A DNA stretch of 64,000 bases from Pachysolen tannophilus NRRL Y-2460 (taxonomy: Eukaryota). The notes beneath the pieces were generated by a model. It did no database searches and was not told the DNA's origin. It was given only the letters and a program-made list of their open reading frames with translations. Positions 22,320-33,176 of this stretch are shown in pieces. The position numbers and the translations under genes are program-made. The first letter of the stretch is position 1, and every line of letters starts with the position of its first letter. The DNA is taken from contig KV454014.1 of the NCBI GenBank assembly GCA_001661245.1, positions 124,001-188,000 on the forward strand. The letters are read 5' to 3'.

Positions 22320-25300
22320 TTAGCTTAAAGTTTCGGTCCAAGTGGCATCTGCTTCCCAACAGTAGGCACTTATAACACATTGAACAATCCATTCCCAACC
22401 AACTATTTTTAAAACTAAACCACTCAAGTCATAGGGATGATTAGCGGGAACTAGCTCGCCATTATTAATTAGGTTATGCATTTTCCTTTGGTTGTTAGAA
22501 GAAGGAATCTTGGCTCTAGATGTTCGTGATATGAAATTTAGTGATTTATATGCATTTGAAAGTTGATTGTACATTTCCAACGGCTTTGTATTATAAACCA
22601 AAAAAAATTCATCTTCATCAGAACCATTATTATCCCTTTGTCTCATTTCTAAATATTCTCTAGCTTTTTCAAGGATTTTTTTATAATCATTACAAAAATC
22701 AATTGATTTAGCACCTAATGCAAAAAATAAAAATTCAACAATTTTTGGTTTAACCATATTGTCATTATTTAATATTAAAATTCTATGATTCTTCAAAATA
22801 TTTGAATTATTATCTAATTGATTGATTAAAGGTAATTTAAAATTGTTTAATTTCAATTTAAAATTAAAAATATCATAACTCTTGACTATATTTATTTTTT
22901 TAGAATACCCTGAAGGTAATAAATAACTTGTCCATTTTTCAAATAAATATCTTTTATCTTTAACTTTAATACAATCATGTATAAAACTTTCTGACAAGAT
23001 AGGCCATCCCAATGATAATCCTTGTAAATATTTCTCACTGCGACAATAGTTATTTGATATCACTGCAGCAAATTTATAGCCAGCCTTATCGTATGGATGT
23101 TTCAATTTAAATGATAAAAAAGGTTCTCGTAATTTTATCAATATTTCTTCAAATCCATTATTCAATACTAATCCTCCATTTTCTTGAATTAACCTGGTTA
23201 ATTCTGATTTTGAATTGTCATTTGAAATTCCTTTACTGCTATTGTTGGTATTAGTCAACACAAATATCGAATCAGAAAAAATCTTATCACCATTTGAACC
23301 TGAATTATTTGAACCTGAACCATTTGATGAAACACTCAGAATTGAATTTGGAGTTGGAATTTTCTTAGTTGGACTAGTATAAACAAATTTCGATTGTTTA
23401 TAAAGTACATTGTTATTTTTTTTAGATGGAGTTCTTGGTATTAGTTCAATATTGATATTTTCACCACTTGATCTACCACGAATAGGTTTGGATATATTCC
23501 CTAATAAATCTGCTAATGGATTTTCATTTTCTTCAAAAATCTCTATACCTGACTTCCTAGATTTCCATTGGTTCGAAGTCATGAAAACACTTGACAACTT
23601 GTATTTTTGCTCATCTCCATCTATAGCTTTGGAATTCTTATTCAAAGATTTAACATAAACAGTATCATACCCTCTCATACATATGATATTTTCTTCGTCA
23701 ACCTCACCTGATCCATCTCGTTTCTTTTCCTTCGATAACCCAGTAACAACAAAATTTTGACTCTTAATATTTGAAGATAATATTCTAATTTTATCCCCAA
23801 TTCTTATATCTAATGAAGACATAATATTCTCTGGCCTTAAAGTTACAACTTGGTCTGCAAAAATCAAATCAATACCACAAGATAACTCTTCTTTAATCAA
23901 ACTAGGATAGTATTTATTTTCAATTCTTGCCCAAACACTATTTGGAAATTTCACATCTTCTTTCGAAAGAGATTGCTTTAATTCCTGACGTAGTATATGC
24001 TTTTCATTTTCTTTATTTTTCAAGTTTTTAACCAAGTTCGAAAAATGTTCACTTCTGTGTGGTAATTTTTGGGAATCATCTGATTCAGATAACTGTGTTA
24101 GTGGACTATCATCGTAAACCATCCTCAGAGTTTGTTCATCACTCTTGCTATCTTCAAACTCAACATCTGGAGAATTCTCATCTTTCCTATATTCACTTCT
24201 TTGTAAGCCAGCATGGGTCGTATCTTGTATATCTTGTGTATCTTGTGTATCTTGTGATTGAGTCAATTTCGATAATTTCAGGCTTCTCCTTTTCTTTCTT
24301 TTATCATCGTCTATAACCATGGATTCTTCTTGTTCTTCTTCTGATTCTGATTCTGTTAATTCTTGAGTAACGTTACCGTTAGGAGATGAAATTGCATTTC
24401 GTGCACCATTTGAAAATGGTGAAGAATTAATTTTAATTTTATCTTTTATTATTCGTGTGGTCTCATCTTCTATCTTTTTTCCAGATGAAGTCCAGCCAAG
24501 CGCAACTTCAGGCTGTATATTTGCTTCTCTTGACTTCAATGATGTACCTCTTTTATTGTCTTTTTCTTTTAACAAGTATTCTAGTTTTGTTACAGCAGGA
24601 GATGAGTCAGGTACCACTCTTGGAGAAGAAGAAACACCTTGATGCTGACAATTTGCTGAAGAGGATAATGAAGAAAGAGATTTTGTATGAAGATTTTGTT
24701 GTTGTTTCTGTAAGACTGACAAAGGCGAATTGAAATGGGACAATTTTTGTAAAAGAGTTTTCTTATTGGTTTTTGATGGAGTATTCAAATCTGATAAACT
24801 TTTTGGTAAGTAAGGTGAAATAACATTATTTCTAAACTTCTTATTGGAAGTATTATCTTCCATGTAAATAGAACCTTCAGATTTCTCAGTTTCCTCGGCA
24901 TGTCTTCTTTTCAAATGTAGTTGATGTTTTATTAAACTGTCATCTGCAATACCATCAAACATTTTGATAGATTTGTCTTCTTGTTCTTCTTCTTCTTCAT
25001 CCTGATCAGTGATAGTAGTCTTATCTTTCGAACTACTTATCAATTTCGAGCGACCCATATTCATCAAAGAATCAGATTCTGTATCTTGGTGGTCCTGTTT
25101 AGTTTCTTCTTCTTCTTCTTCTTCTTCGTAATCAGATACGATTTCCATTCTTTGAGATTTGGAAAAATCCAAGATCTTGTCAGTATCATTAGTAGACAAA
25201 AAATCTTCATCATCTTGTTGAGATATTATCGTCTCTGTTACATTTCCGTTCGAATCTGAGTTCCTTCTCTCACTGGTATCAGGAACTTGAACATCAGGTT

Positions 25301-26312
25301 CTGAACCCAGCTGTGTCACAGGAATCTCTATGTCCAGCGTATCATCTTTTATATATTCATGTCCATTACTGCTACTAATTATTTGAGTATCCGCTATTAG
25401 TTGTGTATCGGCAACTCTATCGCTACTGTCTATTACTTGAGTATCATTAAGCTTGAAATCTTCAAATTTTTCAAGTCGTATATTTAATTTTTCATCAAAA
25501 TTTTGACTTAATTTAAAGCTATCTTCAATTCTACCATTTTCTTCATTTTCTTCATCTTCTATTAGCTGAGTGTCTCCTAGCACTATTCCATTAGATTGAG
25601 ACTCAGATTCATACTCCATTGGTTGCATGTTTAACTGTTCTTTCCGCATTTTTTCAAATAAATTATGAGATATTTGTCCCGGTGTGGTTAAAGAATTATG
25701 TGAAAATGTCAATTTATTATTATTTGTATAATTTCCAGTATTTCTCAATATAGTTCCCAATATATTTTTGGTACTGCTTTTTGATAATTGTGCTAATGGA
25801 GTATTCAAAATAACTGAGGGACTTTCATCAAAGGGATCCTTTAACTTATTTATCCAAGGTGTTGTTGTAGTATCATTATTTGAAGAAATATCAAGATGTA
25901 TCAGTTCTTGATCTCCATCCTCATGTTGATTCAAACAACTTTTACTATCAATTTTTCCCCTTTTTTCTTCTTCTTCATTTCGCCCTTTTGAAATACCATT
26001 TGAATCAAAACTCGAAACATCTTCTACTGATTCAACTTTATCTTGCACTGTTAAACTTTCATGATTAGTACCGTCATTTGACATATTAGGTAAATTTGTT
26101 TGCGGTATTATTGATTTATTTATGTCTATTGAAAAATTATTATTTGATACTTCTTCCCTTTCCTCATCTGTTTGTAATGAAGGTAAATTATCAAAATCAG
26201 TTCCTATTGCTGTTGTTGCTATTGAAATAGACTTTGTCTTTTCGAAACTTGTCAAAATACTATCAGGTTGATCTGGTTGTCTATCTGCTATTCTTTGAGT
26301 ATCATTATCCAT
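22320..26312 (-). CDS. RAD9: DNA-damage checkpoint adaptor Rad9/Crb2/53BP1 (TQ cluster, Tudor, tandem BRCT)
   Basis: DTQ repeats; Tudor-like VWARIENKYYPS...LDIRIGDKI; BRCT motifs LIQENGG, RSEKYLQGLSLGWPILSESFIHDC and WEWIVQCVIS. Confidence 0.88.
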   Translation of the reverse strand: MDNDTQRIADRQPDQPDSILTSFEKTKSISIATTAIGTDFDNLPSLQTDEEREEVSNNNFSIDINKSIIPQTNLPNMSNDGTNHESLTVQDKVESVEDVSSFDSNGISKGRNEEEEKRGKIDSKSCLNQHEDGDQELIHLDISSNNDTTTTPWINKLKDPFDESPSVILNTPLAQLSKSSTKNILGTILRNTGNYTNNNKLTFSHNSLTTPGQISHNLFEKMRKEQLNMQPMEYESESQSNGIVLGDTQLIEDEENEENGRIEDSFKLSQNFDEKLNIRLEKFEDFKLNDTQVIDSSDRVADTQLIADTQIISSSNGHEYIKDDTLDIEIPVTQLGSEPDVQVPDTSERRNSDSNGNVTETIISQQDDEDFLSTNDTDKILDFSKSQRMEIVSDYEEEEEEEETKQDHQDTESDSLMNMGRSKLISSSKDKTTITDQDEEEEEQEDKSIKMFDGIADDSLIKHQLHLKRRHAEETEKSEGSIYMEDNTSNKKFRNNVISPYLPKSLSDLNTPSKTNKKTLLQKLSHFNSPLSVLQKQQQNLHTKSLSSLSSSANCQHQGVSSSPRVVPDSSPAVTKLEYLLKEKDNKRGTSLKSREANIQPEVALGWTSSGKKIEDETTRIIKDKIKINSSPFSNGARNAISSPNGNVTQELTESESEEEQEESMVIDDDKRKKRRSLKLSKLTQSQDTQDTQDIQDTTHAGLQRSEYRKDENSPDVEFEDSKSDEQTLRMVYDDSPLTQLSESDDSQKLPHRSEHFSNLVKNLKNKENEKHILRQELKQSLSKEDVKFPNSVWARIENKYYPSLIKEELSCGIDLIFADQVVTLRPENIMSSLDIRIGDKIRILSSNIKSQNFVVTGLSKEKKRDGSGEVDEENIICMRGYDTVYVKSLNKNSKAIDGDEQKYKLSSVFMTSNQWKSRKSGIEIFEENENPLADLLGNISKPIRGRSSGENINIELIPRTPSKKNNNVLYKQSKFVYTSPTKKIPTPNSILSVSSNGSGSNNSGSNGDKIFSDSIFVLTNTNNSSKGISNDNSKSELTRLIQENGGLVLNNGFEEILIKLREPFLSFKLKHPYDKAGYKFAAVISNNYCRSEKYLQGLSLGWPILSESFIHDCIKVKDKRYLFEKWTSYLLPSGYSKKINIVKSYDIFNFKLKLNNFKLPLINQLDNNSNILKNHRILILNNDNMVKPKIVEFLFFALGAKSIDFCNDYKKILEKAREYLEMRQRDNNGSDEDEFFLVYNTKPLEMYNQLSNAYKSLNFISRTSRAKIPSSNNQRKMHNLINNGELVPANHPYDLSGLVLKIVGWEWIVQCVISAYCWEADATWTETLS

Positions 26313-26622
26313 TTTTTAAAAAGTACTAAACGCGTAGTCTGTTAAAGTCAACACATCTATAAAAGAAAACACACACACACACAAATATTAATCCCCCTTC
26401 CTTCTAAAGATACTATCTATATATATATATACTTGAAGAAGCTAATAGTATCCATCAATGTATAGGTTTATAATTTACTAATATTATAAAAGAATTTTAC
26501 TAAAGTTGAAAAAAGTTATGCGCGCAGTATTATTATTACTATATAATATTTAATACCAATTTGAAAAATTTATATATATTTACAAATACAAAATTTTTCT
26601 AGTTATTGTTTTCGGTTTCTCT

Positions 26623-27837
26623 TTAGCTATTTTTACCATCTTTAGTATCATTAGAATCTTCTTTATTTAAGATCATCGAACTTTCATCAGCATCTTTCAT
26701 AACAACATCTTTTTTAGTGGAATTTTTATTATAATAATCAATAAATTGTTCTTCAGTAAAATTAGGGTATTTTTTCAAAAGAGCTTGATGTAAATCTTTT
26801 AATGTGCTTGATATTGTAATTAAAAATTTATAAGTTTCATATAATTCTTGAATTGTTGTATTAAATTTAGAAAAATCACTTTTCTTTGGTAATATTTCAG
26901 GATGTTTTAATATTATTGATGTATAAATAATACCTGATAAATAAATTTTACCAATTTCAAATCTTAAAAAGCAACCAAATTTTATTGATTCTTCCATAAA
27001 TCCAGTTATACTTGTCATTATTTCTGTTTTCAATATTTGATTATCTCCAATAATTGTAGGAAGATAACTAGCATAATTTTTTGTTAATTCATAAGGTGAT
27101 TTTAACATTATATCAAAACATAATACTTCCATTAATTTTTCTTCTAATCTATCTATAGTTTCTTTCCATTTCCAATATTCTTTTGTATTACTATCTACCA
27201 CGAGATTCATATTTTTACTTGAATGCCTTGCCACTGGTATAATCAATTCTTTATAACCTCTACGATTTTCTTGTACTTTACATGCTAAAAAAATTGCAGC
27301 AGCTGCTACTTCATAATGATGATAATGTTTAAAAGATCTTCTCATGAAAAATCTATGGAAATAAACACAAGAAGTATAAATTGTAACATGAAATAAATTT
27401 AAATCTCTAGTAACTTTAAGTATAAATAATATACCTTTATACCTTCTTGCAATTTCATCTTCTAATGGAATTCCTTCTAATCTTGATGGAGTTGTATGTA
27501 AAATATCAGGAATTGAAAAAATCCAAGAATTTGTACCCACATCTATAAGTGATGGCCAATATATATCATTAAAATTTTTTTGAGATTCTTCAATTTCAGA
27601 TTTATCAATATGTAATCTTTTGGAAGCTGAAGGGATATAAGAATCTCCATTTCTTGATATTCTAGTATTATTATCATTATTATTATTATTATTATTATTA
27701 AAAATTTTCCTTGATGGACTTATTTCTCTTGATCTACTATTATTGTTACCACGATTATTCCTGTACCTTCCACGTACATCATCTTTACCAGATGATCTAT
27801 CAGGTGTTCTTGAACTTTTTACTGCATCATTCGACAT
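26623..27837 (-). CDS. BUR2: Transcription cyclin (cyclin T/K family, Bur2/Pch1-like)
   Basis: W.FS...TPSRLEGI..EDE..RR.KG..FI, TSCVYFHRFFMRRSF, AAAAIFLACKVQE and LEEKLMEVLCFD. Confidence 0.78.
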   Translation of the reverse strand: MSNDAVKSSRTPDRSSGKDDVRGRYRNNRGNNNSRSREISPSRKIFNNNNNNNNDNNTRISRNGDSYIPSASKRLHIDKSEIEESQKNFNDIYWPSLIDVGTNSWIFSIPDILHTTPSRLEGIPLEDEIARRYKGILFILKVTRDLNLFHVTIYTSCVYFHRFFMRRSFKHYHHYEVAAAAIFLACKVQENRRGYKELIIPVARHSSKNMNLVVDSNTKEYWKWKETIDRLEEKLMEVLCFDIMLKSPYELTKNYASYLPTIIGDNQILKTEIMTSITGFMEESIKFGCFLRFEIGKIYLSGIIYTSIILKHPEILPKKSDFSKFNTTIQELYETYKFLITISSTLKDLHQALLKKYPNFTEEQFIDYYNKNSTKKDVVMKDADESSMILNKEDSNDTKDGKNS

Positions 27838-27979
27838 ACCAAATAAAATAAATAATTAAATATTCCAGTATAAGAATTAGAAATATAATTAGATAAAATA
27901 TAGCATATTTTGTATATAATACATTTTCCATTATGGTATTTTCACCTGCTAAAAGGGAAAGAAAATTTGCTGGCGCAAA

Positions 27980-28131
27980 GGCGGAAAATTAGGCGGAAGA
28001 ACGGGCGGAAGAACGGACGGGAGTTTGGACGGGAGTCTAGGCGGAAAAAGAAAAATCAAATTCAAGTGTGCAGGCGGAAAGTCAAGGCGGAAATTAGGGC
28101 GGATGCATTGGGCGGAAGTGTTCGGCGGAAG
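27980..28131. repeat. Degenerate 12-13 bp periodic GGCGGA array upstream of the cyclin gene
   Basis: GGCGGA at 27980, 27992, 28004, 28040, 28073, 28086, 28098, 28111 and 28124, with GACGGG variants at 28016 and 28028. Confidence 0.85.
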
Positions 28132-30139
28132 TCTGGGCTTGCCCAACAGGTACATTAAAAAAAATGATTAACGGTATTAAATATGAATTTCAACAATATC
28201 ATGGACCTTGACTACAATTACAACTTTGAAATATCACTTTGATAAAGTATACGAGCTAATCAATTAGATTATTTATAGAGTTTAATTAAAATCCAAAATA
28301 AAAATAAACTCTCCCTTATGATATTTATAGAATAATAAGTGAAAAAAAAAAAAACGTTCGCCTAAGTGAAAGAGCACAAGGGTCTATCTATATTCAAAAA
28401 CTTATCATTAAGATAATAATAATATAATTGTGGCTTGAATTATTTAAAAGAAAAATTCTTTAACCAAATTAGTAATAGTACTATTGTGAAAAATAATAAT
28501 AATTTTAATAAAGATCAACAAATGTATTATTATGCTGCTTCTACTGTTACAGCTACTGCTACAGCTACTACTACTGCTGCTGCTGCTGCTGCTTTATTCA
28601 GAACTCTACTATAACAATCAACTGCTTAGATTCGCCAGTTATTTTCTTCTTTTCTGCATAATTTCTATTGTCTTAGTTATTTTGGAACATATTTATTTAA
28701 TCTGTGTTATTTATTTGACAAGGATGTAGATCTATTCCACAAAGATTCTCGCTCTCGCTCGGGAAAAAAAGAAAAGCAAAACGAAAAAAAAAATTGTTTA
28801 TTTATCTATACTTTTTGGTGGCAAATCAGCATGGTGTGACTTAAAATAAAATAAAAACATGGGTTATTGGATTGAAAAATTCAATAAATGAATTTGAATT
28901 TGAATTGAATTGAACTATTCACTCATCAATGGAAAAAGAAAAGTTATTATTAAAAATGCACGATTTATTATTTATCTACAATTATTTTTAAAATATTTAA
29001 ATAAATTAATATTCATATTAGGCGGCTATGTCCACTAGAAGATGAATTTCAAATAATAACTAACTATTACTTTTAATTGATTATGAACAGTACTTTTCAA
29101 TTTTCAATTTTCAATTTTCAATTTTTTTTTTTGATGAAAAAAGAAAAAAGAAAAAGGTAGATCCATCCTCTTTTTCCGTGCTTCAACTTCAAGCCTCTTT
29201 TCTTAAAAAAATCTCTATCTTTTTGTCTATTTATCTAATGTCTTTTAAACGTGTTTGTTGAACCGAGATCTCAAATATGTACAGTACCAAAAAAAAAAAA
29301 AAGCATACATACATTATGCTAAAAATGTCCATATAATCGATAAATCCATCTACAACACATAAATAAAGCCTTTTACCGGGCATTGTACAATTTTAATAGT
29401 TTGTTTCAAATTCTTAAAATGTTCAAATGCCCTTTCCCCTTCTCTCCCCCTCCACCCCTCCTTCCCTCTTTCCTCTTCTCTTCCCTCTTCTTTTGCTTCT
29501 CCCTCTCCTTTACCCAAACTATTTAAAATATTTCAGTTATCCCAGAGCGGCAAAACTAACGCTTTTTTCGGCCATGATACCTACAGTAAGTAAGTACATT
29601 TTCTCTCGGCTATTATTATTAAAAAAAAAAGGCTTTGTCCTCAAAGTAGTTGGTAATGCACGACTTTAATAAGCTAATCTTCTATACATAAGCCCGATTA
29701 CAAACATAAAAAGTTGTCGGGCATAGGCAATAATAATAAAACAGAATAAAACAGAATAAAATAAAATAATTGGACTTGTGGATTGTAAGATTTGAGAAAT
29801 TAAAAAAAACCAAAACAACAATATTCTTAAAACTCATTCGATACGCTTTGCAAAAATTTTTTTTCTTTTTATTTTTTTTGGGTGAATATTTATCCCTATA
29901 TTCACGGCTGGGGCCCACCACCCATGGTGCCTGGTCCCTGCCTTTTTTTTTATATATATTTATTTTTTATTCTTCAAATTTTGTCTCTTTTTCTCTTATC
30001 TTTTACGCCTGCATACTGAAAATAATATTGGACGCAAATCCAGCCGCACAAAGAAAAATAAAAAAAATAAAAATTTTTATTTTCTCAGAACTCGGTACTT
30101 TATTTATCAAACTTAAATAAGCGGAATCTAATAGTAAAA

Positions 30140-30171
<32 letters not shown>

Positions 30172-31724
30172 AATTATTTTATTCTTCTTTTTCTTTCTTA
30201 TTCATAAGAGGAGAAAAGAAGGTTAAATAAAAGAAAATAAAAAAAAAACGAAAAGTCTATAAAACTTGAGTATTGTATTAATTTTTCGAGACGAGTTGAA
30301 TTAAACTGATTTTTATATGCAGGTTTGTTATAAATATTTCGATTCAAGAATTGACATTTCTAAAAACAACAATAATTAAAAATTATTTATTCTGAAAAAA
30401 CAAAAAAAAAAAGAAAAGAAAAAAATTCGTACCTCCGAGGTTTCAGTTAAGCAAGATTTTATAATTTCTTTATAACAGGAGGAACAAAAACACCAATAAC
30501 CACACAATCAGTACATTTGATCTATATAGACGAACGATGGTAACTATGGTACCTCAGTTGGTGAAAAATTAAATAAACACAAAAAAAAAATTAACACAAA
30601 AAAAAAACAAAATCTAAAATAAGTCTGAAGATCTACGTTTTTCTTTTTTCTTTTTTTTTTTTTTACCCATGTTACATTACAAACACGTAAAGAGGGAAAT
30701 AAATTGATAATAAGAAAAAAGAAAACATAAAAGAAAAGTTTATAGATGGATTGAATATCTGTTTTTTTTTCTTTTCTGTGTTCAGCGCTTATTCTATAAA
30801 TACCATATTTAGAAAGACAATTAAATTTCCTACATGGGCGCTGCAAAAAATTACAAAAATCAAACATATAAGAATAATTTTTTTACTTCAATCTACATCT
30901 ATCTATCTATCTATGTCTTTCCGATCCGACTCCGTTGAGTGTTTTTAACCCATATCGTGCCCATGTACAATCTCTCTCTTTTTTTTTTTCTCTTTCTCTC
31001 TTTCTCACCTACATATTATTCAGAACACACACACACACACACACAGAGAAAAAACAAAAAAACCAAAAAAGCGCTACGTCATAACTAAAGTTCAAAACCT
31101 TAAAGGTTAAAATTAAGATCAGCAATGTAATGATATGCACGCGTTAACAAAAAATTGAAACTTTATTTTACTTTTTTTTTTTTTTTTATTATTATTTTTT
31201 TTGTTTTTTTAATGTAGTACAATTTCGCTCAGTCAAGATTTGAAGAAGGAAACCAAAAAAAAAAAAAAAAAAGTTATAAATATCACCACAGATTTCGTAA
31301 TATTAAAAATTTTTTTTTGTTTTTCTTCCTCTATTTCGAAGTTATTCATTGTTATTGTTATATAATAGTTTTTATATGTTTCCTTTTGTATCATAAAGAT
31401 ACGATTAAAGAGGTTACATTGGAATTCATATTCGGTGGAATAGAGGGTAGTTTTTTAACTTTTTTTTTTTTGTTAAGCGCTGTTACTTTTTGAGTCTTTT
31501 GAATAGTACTAATTATTAATTAGTACTTATTATTAATTACTTTTTACTGCTTACTGCTACCTTATCTATCTACTTTACCTATCTATATCTATATCTATAT
31601 ATACATATATAGATATATATATATATGAATATAGTAGATATATATGTTGTGCGTAGGTTGATAATCTTGGACATATATATATATATATATATATATTGAT
31701 ACATACACATCAGTTAATTCAATA

Positions 31725-33176
31725 ATGGCTGGACTGGGTTTAGAAAATGGTAATGGTAATGCGGATGCTGATTTGAAATCAGCAGCGCTGTTATCGACGA
31801 ATCGGCAACTGTTGAATTTGAATTTACAGCTTCAGCAACAGCAACAGCAACAGCTGCTGCTGCAATCGGTTAGGTTGCCATCAATAATAAATACAAACTC
31901 AAATGCTGGTGCTACGGTTAGTGATTGTGCAACTGGTATTAATTCCCCGGGAAAATCTCCTTTACATTCACCAAATGATAGAAGTTTACCAAATACATTA
32001 TTACCGCCGTTAAACCCACAGTTGTTTGTTTCAACAAATAAATCGGTTAGAAGAAATACTTTACCAATACTGTCTTCATTGATGGAATTTTCTAAAAATT
32101 CTCAAAATAAAAATTCCGTTGGTTGTATTAATCATGGAGAAATTGGGAATCATCATATTAATCTTAAATCAGATAAATCGCCACCAATAACATTACCGCC
32201 AATATCTTCAATAGCACCCTTGACTCCAAACTCACTTACACCACCACCAGAAAATCGCTCTAATGAAGAGCAAGTTAACCAGCAAGTTAACCAACAGGTT
32301 AACCAAAGACCAATTAATCAGGCACGTTCGTCTTCAGAACTGTGCTATCAACATCTGCAACAACTGCAGCAGCAACATCAACAACAACAACTGCATCAAC
32401 AGCAACAACAGCAACAGCATTTACATCTGATGCATCATCGCTTTTCTCTACCAGCCGCTGGACCGGCTCCTTCATCACAACAACAGATTTATACACCTCA
32501 ACTCCTGCAAATGCAAAATCAACAACAACCACAACAACCACAACAACAACAATATAATCATTCAGGCCCAGTACCCGCTCCTACACCTACACATCAACAA
32601 TTTTTATCACATAATCATATTATTGCTCCTCAACATTATCAACACCATCAAGCTTATATTCAGCAAATGGATTATCAAAATTTTGCAATACCACGTAATG
32701 GATCAGTTGCTCCTAATCATATACCCCAAGATGCAAGTACTATTTTTTATCAAGGCTATGGGTATCCTTCACTTCAACTTTATCAATTAAATACTGGTCA
32801 AAATGTATCCACAACAGCAACAACAGCAACAACAACAACAAATCCAACTTCTTTTAATTCTAATGTAGTGACAATTGATCCAAAGAAAAAAATTAGAAGA
32901 CGTACTAGAACTGGTTGTTTAACTTGTAGAAGGAGAAGAATTAAATGTGATGAAAGGAAGCCACATTGTGTTAATTGTGAAAAGAGTAAGAAAGCTTGTT
33001 TAGGTTATGAACAACCACCTTTTCAAAATAGAAATAGAAAAATCAGAGGATCACCAGTAATTATTTCAGATTCTAATGAGGGTAATAATAATACTGATAA
33101 TAATACAAATTCAAATGACAATCTATACATGGATCATAAGATTATTTCAAAAGAGGGTGTTGGAATTAAAAGTTAA
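31725..33176 (+). CDS. Zn(II)2Cys6 transcription factor with C-terminal cluster and Q/H/P-rich prion-like region (Wor2-like architecture)
   Basis: [38 protein letters not shown] near the C-terminus. Repeated LPSI/LPPL/LPPI motifs. Confidence 0.9.
   Translation: MAGLGLENGNGNADADLKSAALLSTNRQLLNLNLQLQQQQQQQLLLQSVRLPSIINTNSNAGATVSDCATGINSPGKSPLHSPNDRSLPNTLLPPLNPQLFVSTNKSVRRNTLPILSSLMEFSKNSQNKNSVGCINHGEIGNHHINLKSDKSPPITLPPISSIAPLTPNSLTPPPENRSNEEQVNQQVNQQVNQRPINQARSSSELCYQHLQQLQQQHQQQQLHQQQQQQQHLHLMHHRFSLPAAGPAPSSQQQIYTPQLLQMQNQQQPQQPQQQQYNHSGPVPAPTPTHQQFLSHNHIIAPQHYQHHQAYIQQMDYQNFAIPRNGSVAPNHIPQDASTIFYQGYGYPSLQLYQLNTGQNVSTTATTATTTTNPTSFNSNVVTIDPKKKIRRRTRTGCLTCRRRRIKCDERKPHCVNCEKSKKACLGYEQPPFQNRNRKIRGSPVIISDSNEGNNNTDNNTNSNDNLYMDHKIISKEGVGIKS

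Noticed and set aside
27910..28158. ORFs over the GGCGGA array; also considered as a CRISPR-like array
   Set aside because: Non-ATG or repeat-derived ORFs. The units are only 12-13 bp, the context is eukaryotic and there are no cas genes.
28532..28729. 65-aa poly-Leu ORF
   Set aside because: Product of CTG/CTA trinucleotide repeats, with no other coding signal.
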